From an uncultured Bacillota bacterium (lineage in GTDB: Bacteria; Bacillota_I; Bacilli_A; RF39; UBA660), in contig CAMOKF010000001.1 of NCBI GenBank assembly GCA_946617625.1, forward strand, positions 22,064-86,063: a stretch of 64,000 bases of DNA, in the 5' to 3' direction. The position numbers were made by a program, and so were the translations under genes. Positions 57,104 through 64,000 of this stretch are shown one piece after another; within the stretch, counting starts at the first letter, position 1; every line of letters begins with the position of its first letter. The notes under the pieces are model-generated. The model saw nothing but the letters and a program-made list of their open reading frames with translations. It had not been told where the DNA came from and did not search any database.

Positions 57104-57397
57104 TTAACAATTTCCATTCCCACTCATAAGATATTTTCTTTTGTTTTCGGCAATTTCTTCTTCTCGTTCTCGTCTTTGTTTTTCTTCGATTTTTTCTTCT
57201 ATAACTTTTTTTACTTCTTCAAAACATTCTTCACACAACTCATAATTCTTCGTTGCTTTAGCGCTTAAATATTCTCCCCTATCTTTATATTCTAAAGTTA
57301 TATTGAAATCATCATTTAATAATTTTAATCTGCATTTATCACATACTTTCATTCTGCTACTCCTTTCTTTCATATGCATTAATTTCTCTCCACGCAA
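57104..57397 (-). CDS. hypothetical zinc-ribbon protein
   Basis: CDKC...CEEC. Confidence 0.4.
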   Translation of the reverse strand: MRGEKLMHMKERSSRMKVCDKCRLKLLNDDFNITLEYKDRGEYLSAKATKNYELCEECFEEVKKVIEEKIEEKQRREREEEIAENKRKYLMSGNGNC

Positions 57398-57779
57398 CTA
57401 CTTTTGGTGTAATGTTAAGACTATCTCTCATAGCAATCCATTTATTATCTTTATAAACAGCCCATTCAATATTTTTTATAACATCAACTTCCCACTGAAC
57501 TAAATATTCACCATCTTTAATTGGTGGTTTACTAATATTAGTCCACTCATTAGATTTCTCTAAATACTCGATTTTATCTTCTAGTAGACCAATATTTTGT
57601 AGTTCATAAATAGTTATGTCCATACCTCGTATTCTGTCTTGTAAACTACTTAATATTTTTAATGCAGAACCAGTATTTTCTCTACCTTTCCAAATTTCTT
57701 TCTGTGATTCTAATTCAGACTGTAGTTCTAATTTCTCTTGTTGTATTGTACTAATTAATTCTTCTCTATTTATTATCAT
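57357..57779 (-). CDS. hypothetical protein
   Basis: ORF in minus-strand array. Confidence 0.45.
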   Translation of the reverse strand: MIINREELISTIQQEKLELQSELESQKEIWKGRENTGSALKILSSLQDRIRGMDITIYELQNIGLLEDKIEYLEKSNEWTNISKPPIKDGEYLVQWEVDVIKNIEWAVYKDNKWIAMRDSLNITPKVVAWREINAYERKE

Positions 57780-57784
57780 ATTAA

Positions 57785-58048
57785 TTACTCCTCTATAACT
57801 GCAAGAATATCGGGTTCTCTCATAATATACAATGTATCTTCTCCATCTTGAATCTTGTTTGGATTAAACGATGTAAATAATACATTATCACCAACTTTAA
57901 TATTTTCTACTAAATCGCCAATAGCTAATACTTCACCTGTCTTATTAACGTTCTTTGAGTTATAAGTTTCAAGTAGAATAACTTCACTTTTAATATCTAG
58001 CAGGTCTTTCTCTTTAATTACAATTTTGTCTTGAATAGGTTTATACAT
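57785..58048 (-). CDS. second GroES-like co-chaperonin paralogue
   Basis: 87 aa; DKIVIKEK...KTGEVLAIG...DTLYIMREPDILAVIEE; same length and mobile-loop/roof pattern as 40067..40330 and bacterial GroES. Confidence 0.6.
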   Translation of the reverse strand: MYKPIQDKIVIKEKDLLDIKSEVILLETYNSKNVNKTGEVLAIGDLVENIKVGDNVLFTSFNPNKIQDGEDTLYIMREPDILAVIEE

Positions 58049-58049
58049 T

Positions 58050-58520
58050 TTAATTCTCCTCTCTATACTTTTCTACATAATCTATAGTATTTTTGTAAAA
58101 CAAATTCTTATTAAAACATTTAAACTGATTAATGTGATTACATATACGATTCATATACGTAATAGTAAAATCTTCCATTTCGTGTACTAGAGATAATCTA
58201 TCTTTATCTGTATAATCTAATACACACATACAATACACGAATCCTATATCATAATAATTGACTATTAACCAATTCTTTAGATACCTATTTATAGTTCTAG
58301 AATCTATGTATCTATCTTTACCTGATATTGTAACGTAGTTTAAATCACATAAGTAACCACATAATCGTTTTGTAATGTTATCTATATGACTATTATCTAT
58401 TTCTCTAGATGAACAAACTTCATCTAAATATAATTCGAAAATCAAATAAACAATATCTAATCTATCATCTAATAATTTTTGTTTTATTCTATTTTTAGAT
58501 ATTTTATAATCACTAAACAT
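58050..58520 (-). CDS. hypothetical protein
   Basis: ORF in minus-strand array. Confidence 0.45.
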   Translation of the reverse strand: MFSDYKISKNRIKQKLLDDRLDIVYLIFELYLDEVCSSREIDNSHIDNITKRLCGYLCDLNYVTISGKDRYIDSRTINRYLKNWLIVNYYDIGFVYCMCVLDYTDKDRLSLVHEMEDFTITYMNRICNHINQFKCFNKNLFYKNTIDYVEKYREEN

Positions 58521-59226
58521 TTTGTTTATTATACTCCTTTAATTTTCTTCTATCATCTTTCTTAGTTTTATCTACCCTAACAACAATCTCTTCAAGTTCA
58601 TTGATTCTATCTTTGAGTTCTCTAATCTCATTTTCTATAGAAAATAGATAGTGTTTAATATCACCATTAATTTTCTGTCTATATGTAGTTTTAAGCTTAT
58701 ATGATTTCTTTTCATATCTAGGTTTAGACTCATAACTACTCATTGTTCTATGATAGTTTCTTACTGGTGGTATTTCAAAATTGTTTATTTGATTTTCATC
58801 TTTAGCTATTTCAACAATAGTTGAAATCCTACATCTTAATCCTGTAGAACCCTGACATAGCTTATAAATAGTTCTATAGGTTATATTATCGTAATGTTCT
58901 GTACATTTTAATTTTGATAAAAATGTTCCGTGTAATCCTGCACCTTTGCATATTTGCATATGATTAGTATTATAAGTTCTACATACATCTTCAGCTCTTT
59001 TAAGTATTGCTAATCTAATTAATTTTGGATTATCAATAATAAATACATAATCTTCTGCAATATCTCTAGGCACATAATAAACATTATCTTTTAAATGTGT
59101 ACCTCTTAGCAATCTAGCCTTAATGACATTCATTACTCGTTGTGTGCTTAAATTTTTAGACATTGCTACAATTTCTTTTACAGTTACAAATTCATTCTTT
59201 TCTCTTTCAGTGTTTCTCATCAACAT
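58513..59226 (-). CDS. hypothetical DNA-binding-like protein, paralogue of 60305..60937
   Basis: Shared block ICKGA...LSKxK...DNITYRTIYKLC..S.GLRC.IS..V..AK plus C-terminal coiled coil. Confidence 0.45.
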   Translation of the reverse strand: MLMRNTEREKNEFVTVKEIVAMSKNLSTQRVMNVIKARLLRGTHLKDNVYYVPRDIAEDYVFIIDNPKLIRLAILKRAEDVCRTYNTNHMQICKGAGLHGTFLSKLKCTEHYDNITYRTIYKLCQGSTGLRCRISTIVEIAKDENQINNFEIPPVRNYHRTMSSYESKPRYEKKSYKLKTTYRQKINGDIKHYLFSIENEIRELKDRINELEEIVVRVDKTKKDDRRKLKEYNKQNV

Positions 59227-59467
59227 AATTTTTCTCCTCCCTTTTATTAATTACATTGTTTACTATTAACAAAGAATCTGTACAAAGCTTTAACAATTCT
59301 ACAAAATATTCATTTATTGCTATTAAAAATTCTCTAAATCTCTTTTCATTTATTTGATTATCTGTGTCTTCTTTTAATTTTTCAACATATTCATTAATTG
59401 TTGTTTCAATATCTGATTTAGAAATAATTAATTTAGCAATCAATTCATAGTATTCATTATCATTCAT
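59207..59467 (-). CDS. hypothetical protein
   Basis: Start taken at internal ATG (MNDNEYYELIAK) with SD AAGGATG, downstream of promoter 59496..59524. Confidence 0.45.
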   Translation of the reverse strand: MNDNEYYELIAKLIISKSDIETTINEYVEKLKEDTDNQINEKRFREFLIAINEYFVELLKLCTDSLLIVNNVINKREEKNYVDEKH

Positions 59468-59495
59468 TTTGTACATCCTTAAAATTTGTAATTGT

Positions 59496-59524
59496 ATTAT
59501 AACATAAAGTTTACTTAAAGTAAA
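59496..59524 (-). promoter_or_regulatory. sigma-A-type promoter with palindrome variant GTTTAC-N5-GTAAAC
   Basis: Minus strand TTTACTTTAAGTAAACTTTATGTTATAAT; 17-nt spacer; TGn. Confidence 0.55.
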
Positions 59525-59532
59525 CACTTTTT

Positions 59533-59580
59533 TTGAAAAAAAATAAAAGTACTCATTATTTAAATGAATAACGAGTACTT
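59533..59580 (-). terminator. rho-independent terminator
   Basis: Minus strand AAGTACTCGTTATT-CATTTA-AATAATGAGTACTT (14-bp stem incl. one G-U) followed by TTATTTTTTTTC. Confidence 0.7.
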
Positions 59581-59645
59581 AAAATTAATCTATTTATTAT
59601 TTTGTATTATTTATTATACTTTTTAGAGTCACTACTATCTTCTGA

Positions 59646-60011
59646 TTATTCTTCAGAATCCACGGACTCTTCTTCATTCTCTCCCACATACTCATCGGTG
59701 TCATCTCCGGCATCTTCTTCAGTTGTTTCTGTATTAGATTCTTCATTTGAAGGTTGCTCTGATACTGAAGTATCTTCTTGAGCATCATCATCTGAACTTG
59801 TTGAGCTAACTTCTTCTGCATTTCCGGAGTCATTTGGTCTAACTCTGAATCCGTAAGATTGACTATATGGTAGTTCTCGTATTTTTGCTCTGATTCCATT
59901 TAAATACTCCTCATCTGTAAACTGTTCTTCTGTAAGTAAAATTATGGGCAAATTATTTTCTATAATTACTTCATATCCCAATTCTCTCAAAGCTTCCTCA
60001 AATGTTTTCAT
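59646..60011 (-). CDS. hypothetical protein with acidic Ser/Asp/Glu tail, paralogue of 55779..56012
   Basis: EEYLNGIR...SYGFR core; ORF 59597..59899 in track is the overlapping alternate frame. Confidence 0.5.
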   Translation of the reverse strand: MKTFEEALRELGYEVIIENNLPIILLTEEQFTDEEYLNGIRAKIRELPYSQSYGFRVRPNDSGNAEEVSSTSSDDDAQEDTSVSEQPSNEESNTETTEEDAGDDTDEYVGENEEESVDSEE

Positions 60012-60012
60012 A

Positions 60013-60312
60013 CTAATCCATCTCCTTTATATCTATTCCATATGATTCACATACTTGATGTTCAATCTTACATCCTCTAGCGTCTTGCCACCCTTTACAG
60101 AATATTGCTAAATCTGCTTGTGATAAAAATTGAATAGACATAGCTAAGAAAAATACAGGTTTTGCATTATGAGGTAAATCTTCAATAAAACTATCTATGA
60201 TTTCATATTCATCATAATGTTTATCTAGATATTTTTTAGCCTCTTCTCTTTCTGCCATTATTTCTTCATTTGTCTTATCCTTCATTGGTTGTGAAATAAA
60301 TACTTTAGTCAT
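60013..60312 (-). CDS. hypothetical protein
   Basis: ORF in minus-strand array. Confidence 0.45.
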   Translation of the reverse strand: MTKVFISQPMKDKTNEEIMAEREEAKKYLDKHYDEYEIIDSFIEDLPHNAKPVFFLAMSIQFLSQADLAIFCKGWQDARGCKIEHQVCESYGIDIKEMD

Positions 60313-60937
60313 TTTTTCCTCCTTTATTTAATTTATTATATTTTCTTAATTTTCTCTTGCTTACTTTAGAGATAAATTTAAGTCTATCTATTTCTGAACG
60401 TAACCAGTTTAAATTATCTCGTTGTTCTGAAATAATTCGTTCAAGCTTAATTATTTCTTGTTCTGTTTTATCTGTAGTAGAAACTAAACTACAATCTGCA
60501 GATTTAGATTTACTGCTATCTTTTGCAAGTTTTACTAGTTTAGATATTTTGCAACGTAATCCAGCAGATTTTTTACATAATTTATAAATTGTTCTATAAG
60601 TAATATTATCTGCTTTATTATTTTTTATTTTAGATAATATTGAAATATCTACATCTGCGCCTTTACATATTTGCGTATTAGAAATATCATATTTCTTATT
60701 AACCTCTTTAGCTCTTATAGCTATTGCATCAATGATTTCTTTTTTATGGTCAATTATATAAATGTAATTTTCTGCAACACTCTTAGGTATTAACCACGAT
60801 GTTTGATTTTCAATGTAAAATGCTCCATCAATAAAACCATCTTTTACTAACATTAATAAACTACTATAATTACCATTTCTAGTTTTCCTAATTACTTCAT
60901 TTGGTGTGTAATAGTATTTACCATTAACTTTTTCCAT
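60305..60937 (-). CDS. hypothetical DNA-binding-like protein, paralogue of 58513..59226
   Basis: Shared ICKGA/DNITYRTIYKLC/GLRCKIS block; SD GGAGGTTATTTAAT before ATG. Confidence 0.45.
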   Translation of the reverse strand: MEKVNGKYYYTPNEVIRKTRNGNYSSLLMLVKDGFIDGAFYIENQTSWLIPKSVAENYIYIIDHKKEIIDAIAIRAKEVNKKYDISNTQICKGADVDISILSKIKNNKADNITYRTIYKLCKKSAGLRCKISKLVKLAKDSSKSKSADCSLVSTTDKTEQEIIKLERIISEQRDNLNWLRSEIDRLKFISKVSKRKLRKYNKLNKGGKND

Positions 60938-60968
60938 ATTAAATAACCTCCGAACTTCATTTTAATTA

Positions 60969-60997
60969 AATATATCATATTATTTACAATATGTAAA
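60969..60997 (-). promoter_or_regulatory. sigma-A-type promoter with TTTACA-N3-TGTAAA palindrome
   Basis: Minus strand TTTACATATTGTAAATAATATGATATATT (-10 TATATT). Confidence 0.5.
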
Positions 60998-61013
60998 TAG
61001 TAATTTATGAATA

Positions 61014-61050
61014 ACTATAAAATAAAAAGGGATTCTCGTAAGAATCCCTT
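61014..61050 (-). terminator. rho-independent terminator
   Basis: Minus strand AAAGGGATTCT-TACG-AGAATCCCTTT (perfect 11-bp stem) followed by TTATTTTAT. Confidence 0.75.
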
Positions 61051-61255
61051 TAATCTTAAGGCTTCGCAAGTTTCTTAAGACAAATGGTCGACCCCTATAT
61101 AATTCGACCATATTCACATATTATTTACCAATATTAATTGCGAAAGGAGGTGAATAATATGTAGATTTAAAATTGTCCACTAAGGCAGGACCTCTCCATA
61201 CTATGAAAAAAATATATTTGTGTCAAAAGTATAAACACACAAACTTTTGACATTT
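61051..61255 (-). ncRNA. candidate small non-coding RNA (promoter-to-terminator unit without an SD-led ORF)
   Basis: Bounded by promoter 61258..61286 and terminator 61014..61050. Contains internal hairpins (TGTCAAAAGT/ACTTTTGACA, ATGGTCGA/TCGACCAT, TCTTAAG/CTTAAGA) and the anti-SD-like run UCACCUCCUUUC. Only tiny ORFs lacking an SD. Confidence 0.4.
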
Positions 61256-61257
61256 TG

Positions 61258-61286
61258 ATTATAATACAAAAGTTACTAAATGTAAA
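61258..61286 (-). promoter_or_regulatory. sigma-A-type promoter (partial palindrome)
   Basis: Minus strand TTTACATTTAGTAACTTTTGTATTATAAT; 17-nt spacer; begins 1 nt after the stop of 61290..63989. Confidence 0.55.
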
Positions 61287-61289
61287 CCT

Positions 61290-63989
61290 TTAATCTTCAT
61301 CTCGCATTATATGAATTATATCACCGCTGAAATCTCTGTATTTTCTGTCATCAGCATAATCACTATCAGGATGATTATCTGATTCATTTACGATTGTAAG
61401 ATTATCAGATTCATCTTCATTAATCATCGTATCATATAAATCTGAATTATGATTAATTATATAAGTATTATCTAATGATTGTGTTGATTGTATATGTAGC
61501 CCATATGCCATTTCAAAATTAAAGTATCTAATAAATTCATCAATATCTAATGTTTTTGTAAATTCCCAATTAGATAATGCAAAAATAAATTCTACATACT
61601 TAATCTGTGTCATATCGATATAACTGAAACTAAATTCGTGTGGTAGTACATCAGTTATTGATATTGTATTTAATTCTGTAAATATTAAATTACTCTTATC
61701 AGATGAATCATAGAAATTAACTGATATGTCTATACTAAGATTTAATGATTCAGTGTATGTGTTAGTATATGTGTAATCTGTTTTTGCTGTATGTACATAG
61801 TTACTCAAAAAGTTTAATTTTAATTTTAACATATCATCATAGTTATTAAACCCGCCAGTCTCAAACTCATAAGTATGAATAAGAACACTAGCACCTTCAC
61901 TATTTACATATTCAAGAAATTCCATAGTACTACCATACGGTATTAAAGTTGATGATATTATTTGTCTTTGATTTAATAATCTTTTTTGTGGAAATACATA
62001 TTCATCATCAGTATTATAAGTCATTAATTCTTGTTTTAACTTTGAAATTTGTAATGTTCTATTATTCCAATATGCATTAGAAACACTAAAGTCATAACCA
62101 GAAGTCTCTGTAAAATTATCTAATTCTACATACATAGCTTTTGCTTTTTGAATGCTATTAACTGCGTGAGTATTAGAATCTGTTAAATAGAATTTATATT
62201 TCAAAAAATAATTATTTGACGATGTATCGGAAGTTATCTTTTCCCAAATTCCAATACCACTATCATCAAATTCGATATTAGCATTTCCAACTTTAACTCT
62301 GGAAGTATCATTAATAGATGAAATATCATATCTATATACATTTGTAGGATTATTCAATAAAGAATTTTCTACTTCAGATGTAATATTAGCACTAGGAGTA
62401 CCATTTAATATACCGATATATTCTATACTTCTGTTCATTATTACCTTTACAAGTGTCTCTTTGTTCTTTAATTCAGTATCTATAATAAATGTTAATTGAT
62501 GTTTATCGTCTGATATTGTGCCAACACTAGAATTAGACAGTTCGATATTATCATCAAATCTTATTTTAAGAACATTTTCTAAATTTGAACCTACACTTTC
62601 TGTAACAGTAGATACATTTTCTAGTATAGAATTAGAAAAATGAACTTTATATAAGCCTTCCTTATAATAATTTCTAGTAGTAATTATATTATGTGTCTCA
62701 TTCCAGTTTATACTTGTATAATGACTAGGTTCTAAACCTTCTCCAAATCTATTATAAATAGCTATGTTATGGATTAAACCTGTATTATCCATAATTTTAA
62801 AATAATTAACCTGTTTTGAATTATCAGAAAGTTTAACTTTAATAACATTCTCTAATTCTCTTGCAGGAATAGATATATCAGAAAATACATTTGTATCTAT
62901 ATCTAAATAATAGAATCTACTATAATGAGTAAAGTTTTTAGTAACTTTATTTTTAAATATAATATAAAATTCCTTATCGAAATCTTCTCCATACTCTTCA
63001 TTAGAATCAACTGAAACTAATGAGAACTGGGTAGAACTATCATTAAAATCATAACCTTTTAAATTATTATTATTCTTATAAGTAATACTACTTTGATAAT
63101 CTAAATAATCAATGACTGGTAATATATTATACTTATTATCATTATTATGATAATTTGTAGAATTTAAATATAAATATCTCTTACTTATATTTATTATATT
63201 ATGTTCATAATCTACCCAACTAGCAAAACCATAAGGAATTGAAAAATAATTATACTTGATTAATTCACTTACATTATATACCTTTAAACTATATAGTAAT
63301 ATATTTTTAGTTACTCCACTTGAAGTTCTAGTTGATTGAGTTGTGATTATCTCTGTATTATCATCTAGTTTAAGTAATCTTGCAACATTTTGATTAAAGT
63401 TAATAATGAATGTGTCAGAAGAAGAATCATATTCAACTGAACTAACATAATCATTATTACTTACAGAAGTATACAACATATAAATTTTATTATCTCTAGT
63501 AAATGATAAATATTTTGAAGAGTCACTCCAAATTGTATTATCTTTAAAAGTAGTAGGATATAATCCAGGAACACATCCCCAATCTACATATGTATGATTA
63601 GATGAATCTATAAATGATAAATCATTATAAGAATCATCACTAAATCCTATAAAGTAATATTCATCTTCAGTTATATCAACATCTGTATCATACTTTTCTT
63701 CATAATTAAATGTTATTACAACTTGATTAGCTTTAATGTTTTTAAAGTTGAAAGTTTTAATGTTTAAACAATCTTTATTAAAATCACTAAATGTAATAAT
63801 ATTACCGTCAGAATCTGTTATATATTGATAATTAGACTGTTCACTACTTTTATATTGAACTTGAATAAAATAATTACTTCTTTTTCTCGTTTTAACCGTT
63901 AAAGTGTTAATTACCTTATCTTCATTATAAGTATATCTAATAGTATCTGAGATATTTGAGGGACTCCAAGAATCTGTATTATCTTCCAT
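61290..63989 (-). CDS. large Asn/Ser/Thr/Tyr-rich hypothetical protein (possibly structural/adhesin-like)
   Basis: 899-aa uninterrupted ORF; composition typical of fibre/receptor-binding proteins; no catalytic motif recognised. Confidence 0.5.
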   Translation of the reverse strand: MEDNTDSWSPSNISDTIRYTYNEDKVINTLTVKTRKRSNYFIQVQYKSSEQSNYQYITDSDGNIITFSDFNKDCLNIKTFNFKNIKANQVVITFNYEEKYDTDVDITEDEYYFIGFSDDSYNDLSFIDSSNHTYVDWGCVPGLYPTTFKDNTIWSDSSKYLSFTRDNKIYMLYTSVSNNDYVSSVEYDSSSDTFIINFNQNVARLLKLDDNTEIITTQSTRTSSGVTKNILLYSLKVYNVSELIKYNYFSIPYGFASWVDYEHNIINISKRYLYLNSTNYHNNDNKYNILPVIDYLDYQSSITYKNNNNLKGYDFNDSSTQFSLVSVDSNEEYGEDFDKEFYIIFKNKVTKNFTHYSRFYYLDIDTNVFSDISIPARELENVIKVKLSDNSKQVNYFKIMDNTGLIHNIAIYNRFGEGLEPSHYTSINWNETHNIITTRNYYKEGLYKVHFSNSILENVSTVTESVGSNLENVLKIRFDDNIELSNSSVGTISDDKHQLTFIIDTELKNKETLVKVIMNRSIEYIGILNGTPSANITSEVENSLLNNPTNVYRYDISSINDTSRVKVGNANIEFDDSGIGIWEKITSDTSSNNYFLKYKFYLTDSNTHAVNSIQKAKAMYVELDNFTETSGYDFSVSNAYWNNRTLQISKLKQELMTYNTDDEYVFPQKRLLNQRQIISSTLIPYGSTMEFLEYVNSEGASVLIHTYEFETGGFNNYDDMLKLKLNFLSNYVHTAKTDYTYTNTYTESLNLSIDISVNFYDSSDKSNLIFTELNTISITDVLPHEFSFSYIDMTQIKYVEFIFALSNWEFTKTLDIDEFIRYFNFEMAYGLHIQSTQSLDNTYIINHNSDLYDTMINEDESDNLTIVNESDNHPDSDYADDRKYRDFSGDIIHIMRDED

Positions 63990-64000
63990 TGTAGGAATAA

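Noticed and set aside
61151-61174. Plus-strand AAAGGAGGTGAATAATATG-TAG start-stop element as a gene
   Set aside because: ATG is immediately followed by TAG; no plus-strand promoter; more likely the complement of the anti-SD-like run in the minus-strand sRNA candidate or a decayed RBS

Overview
This 64 kb window reads as one contiguous piece of a large, very AT-rich phage genome (about 25-30% GC by eye; not computed), with no integrase or repressor in view, so a virulent lifestyle is the working guess. Every credible gene is on the minus strand; the plus-strand ORFs in the track look like shadows. Gene content points to a host among the low-GC Gram-positive bacteria. Read in transcription order (high to low coordinate), the window holds: (1) a large Asn/Ser/Thr/Tyr-rich protein (61290..63989); (2) an early-gene block of about 60 small ORFs (about 47.1-60.9 kb), many with CxxC zinc-ribbon motifs, plus a second GroES-like gene; (3) a block with GroEL/GroES, a radical-SAM enzyme, a 3D-domain wall hydrolase and membrane proteins (38.4-47.1 kb); (4) a replication and recombination module (SNF2 helicase, DnaD-like, helicase loader, DnaB-like helicase, DnaG primase, gp32-like SSB, family-A DNA polymerase, clamp and clamp-loader, RecA, RuvC-like resolvase, SbcCD); (5) a pyrimidine-nucleotide modification cluster (dUTPase, dCMP deaminase, C5-MTase, GT-B glycosyltransferase, dNMP-kinase::ThyA-like fusion); (6) a terminase-like ATPase fragment ending in an N-terminal split-intein half; (7) more small acidic early ORFs and a tRNA-Gln. 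Eleven near-consensus sigma-A-type promoters (TTTACA-17-TATAAT, often with TGn) punctuate the array, and several strong rho-independent terminators were found. The most unusual features are the interrupted DNA polymerase gene and the orphan terminase N-intein. The polymerase carries a GIY-YIG gene in the gap and its motif A lies out of frame, which suggests a recoding step (hop) is needed.
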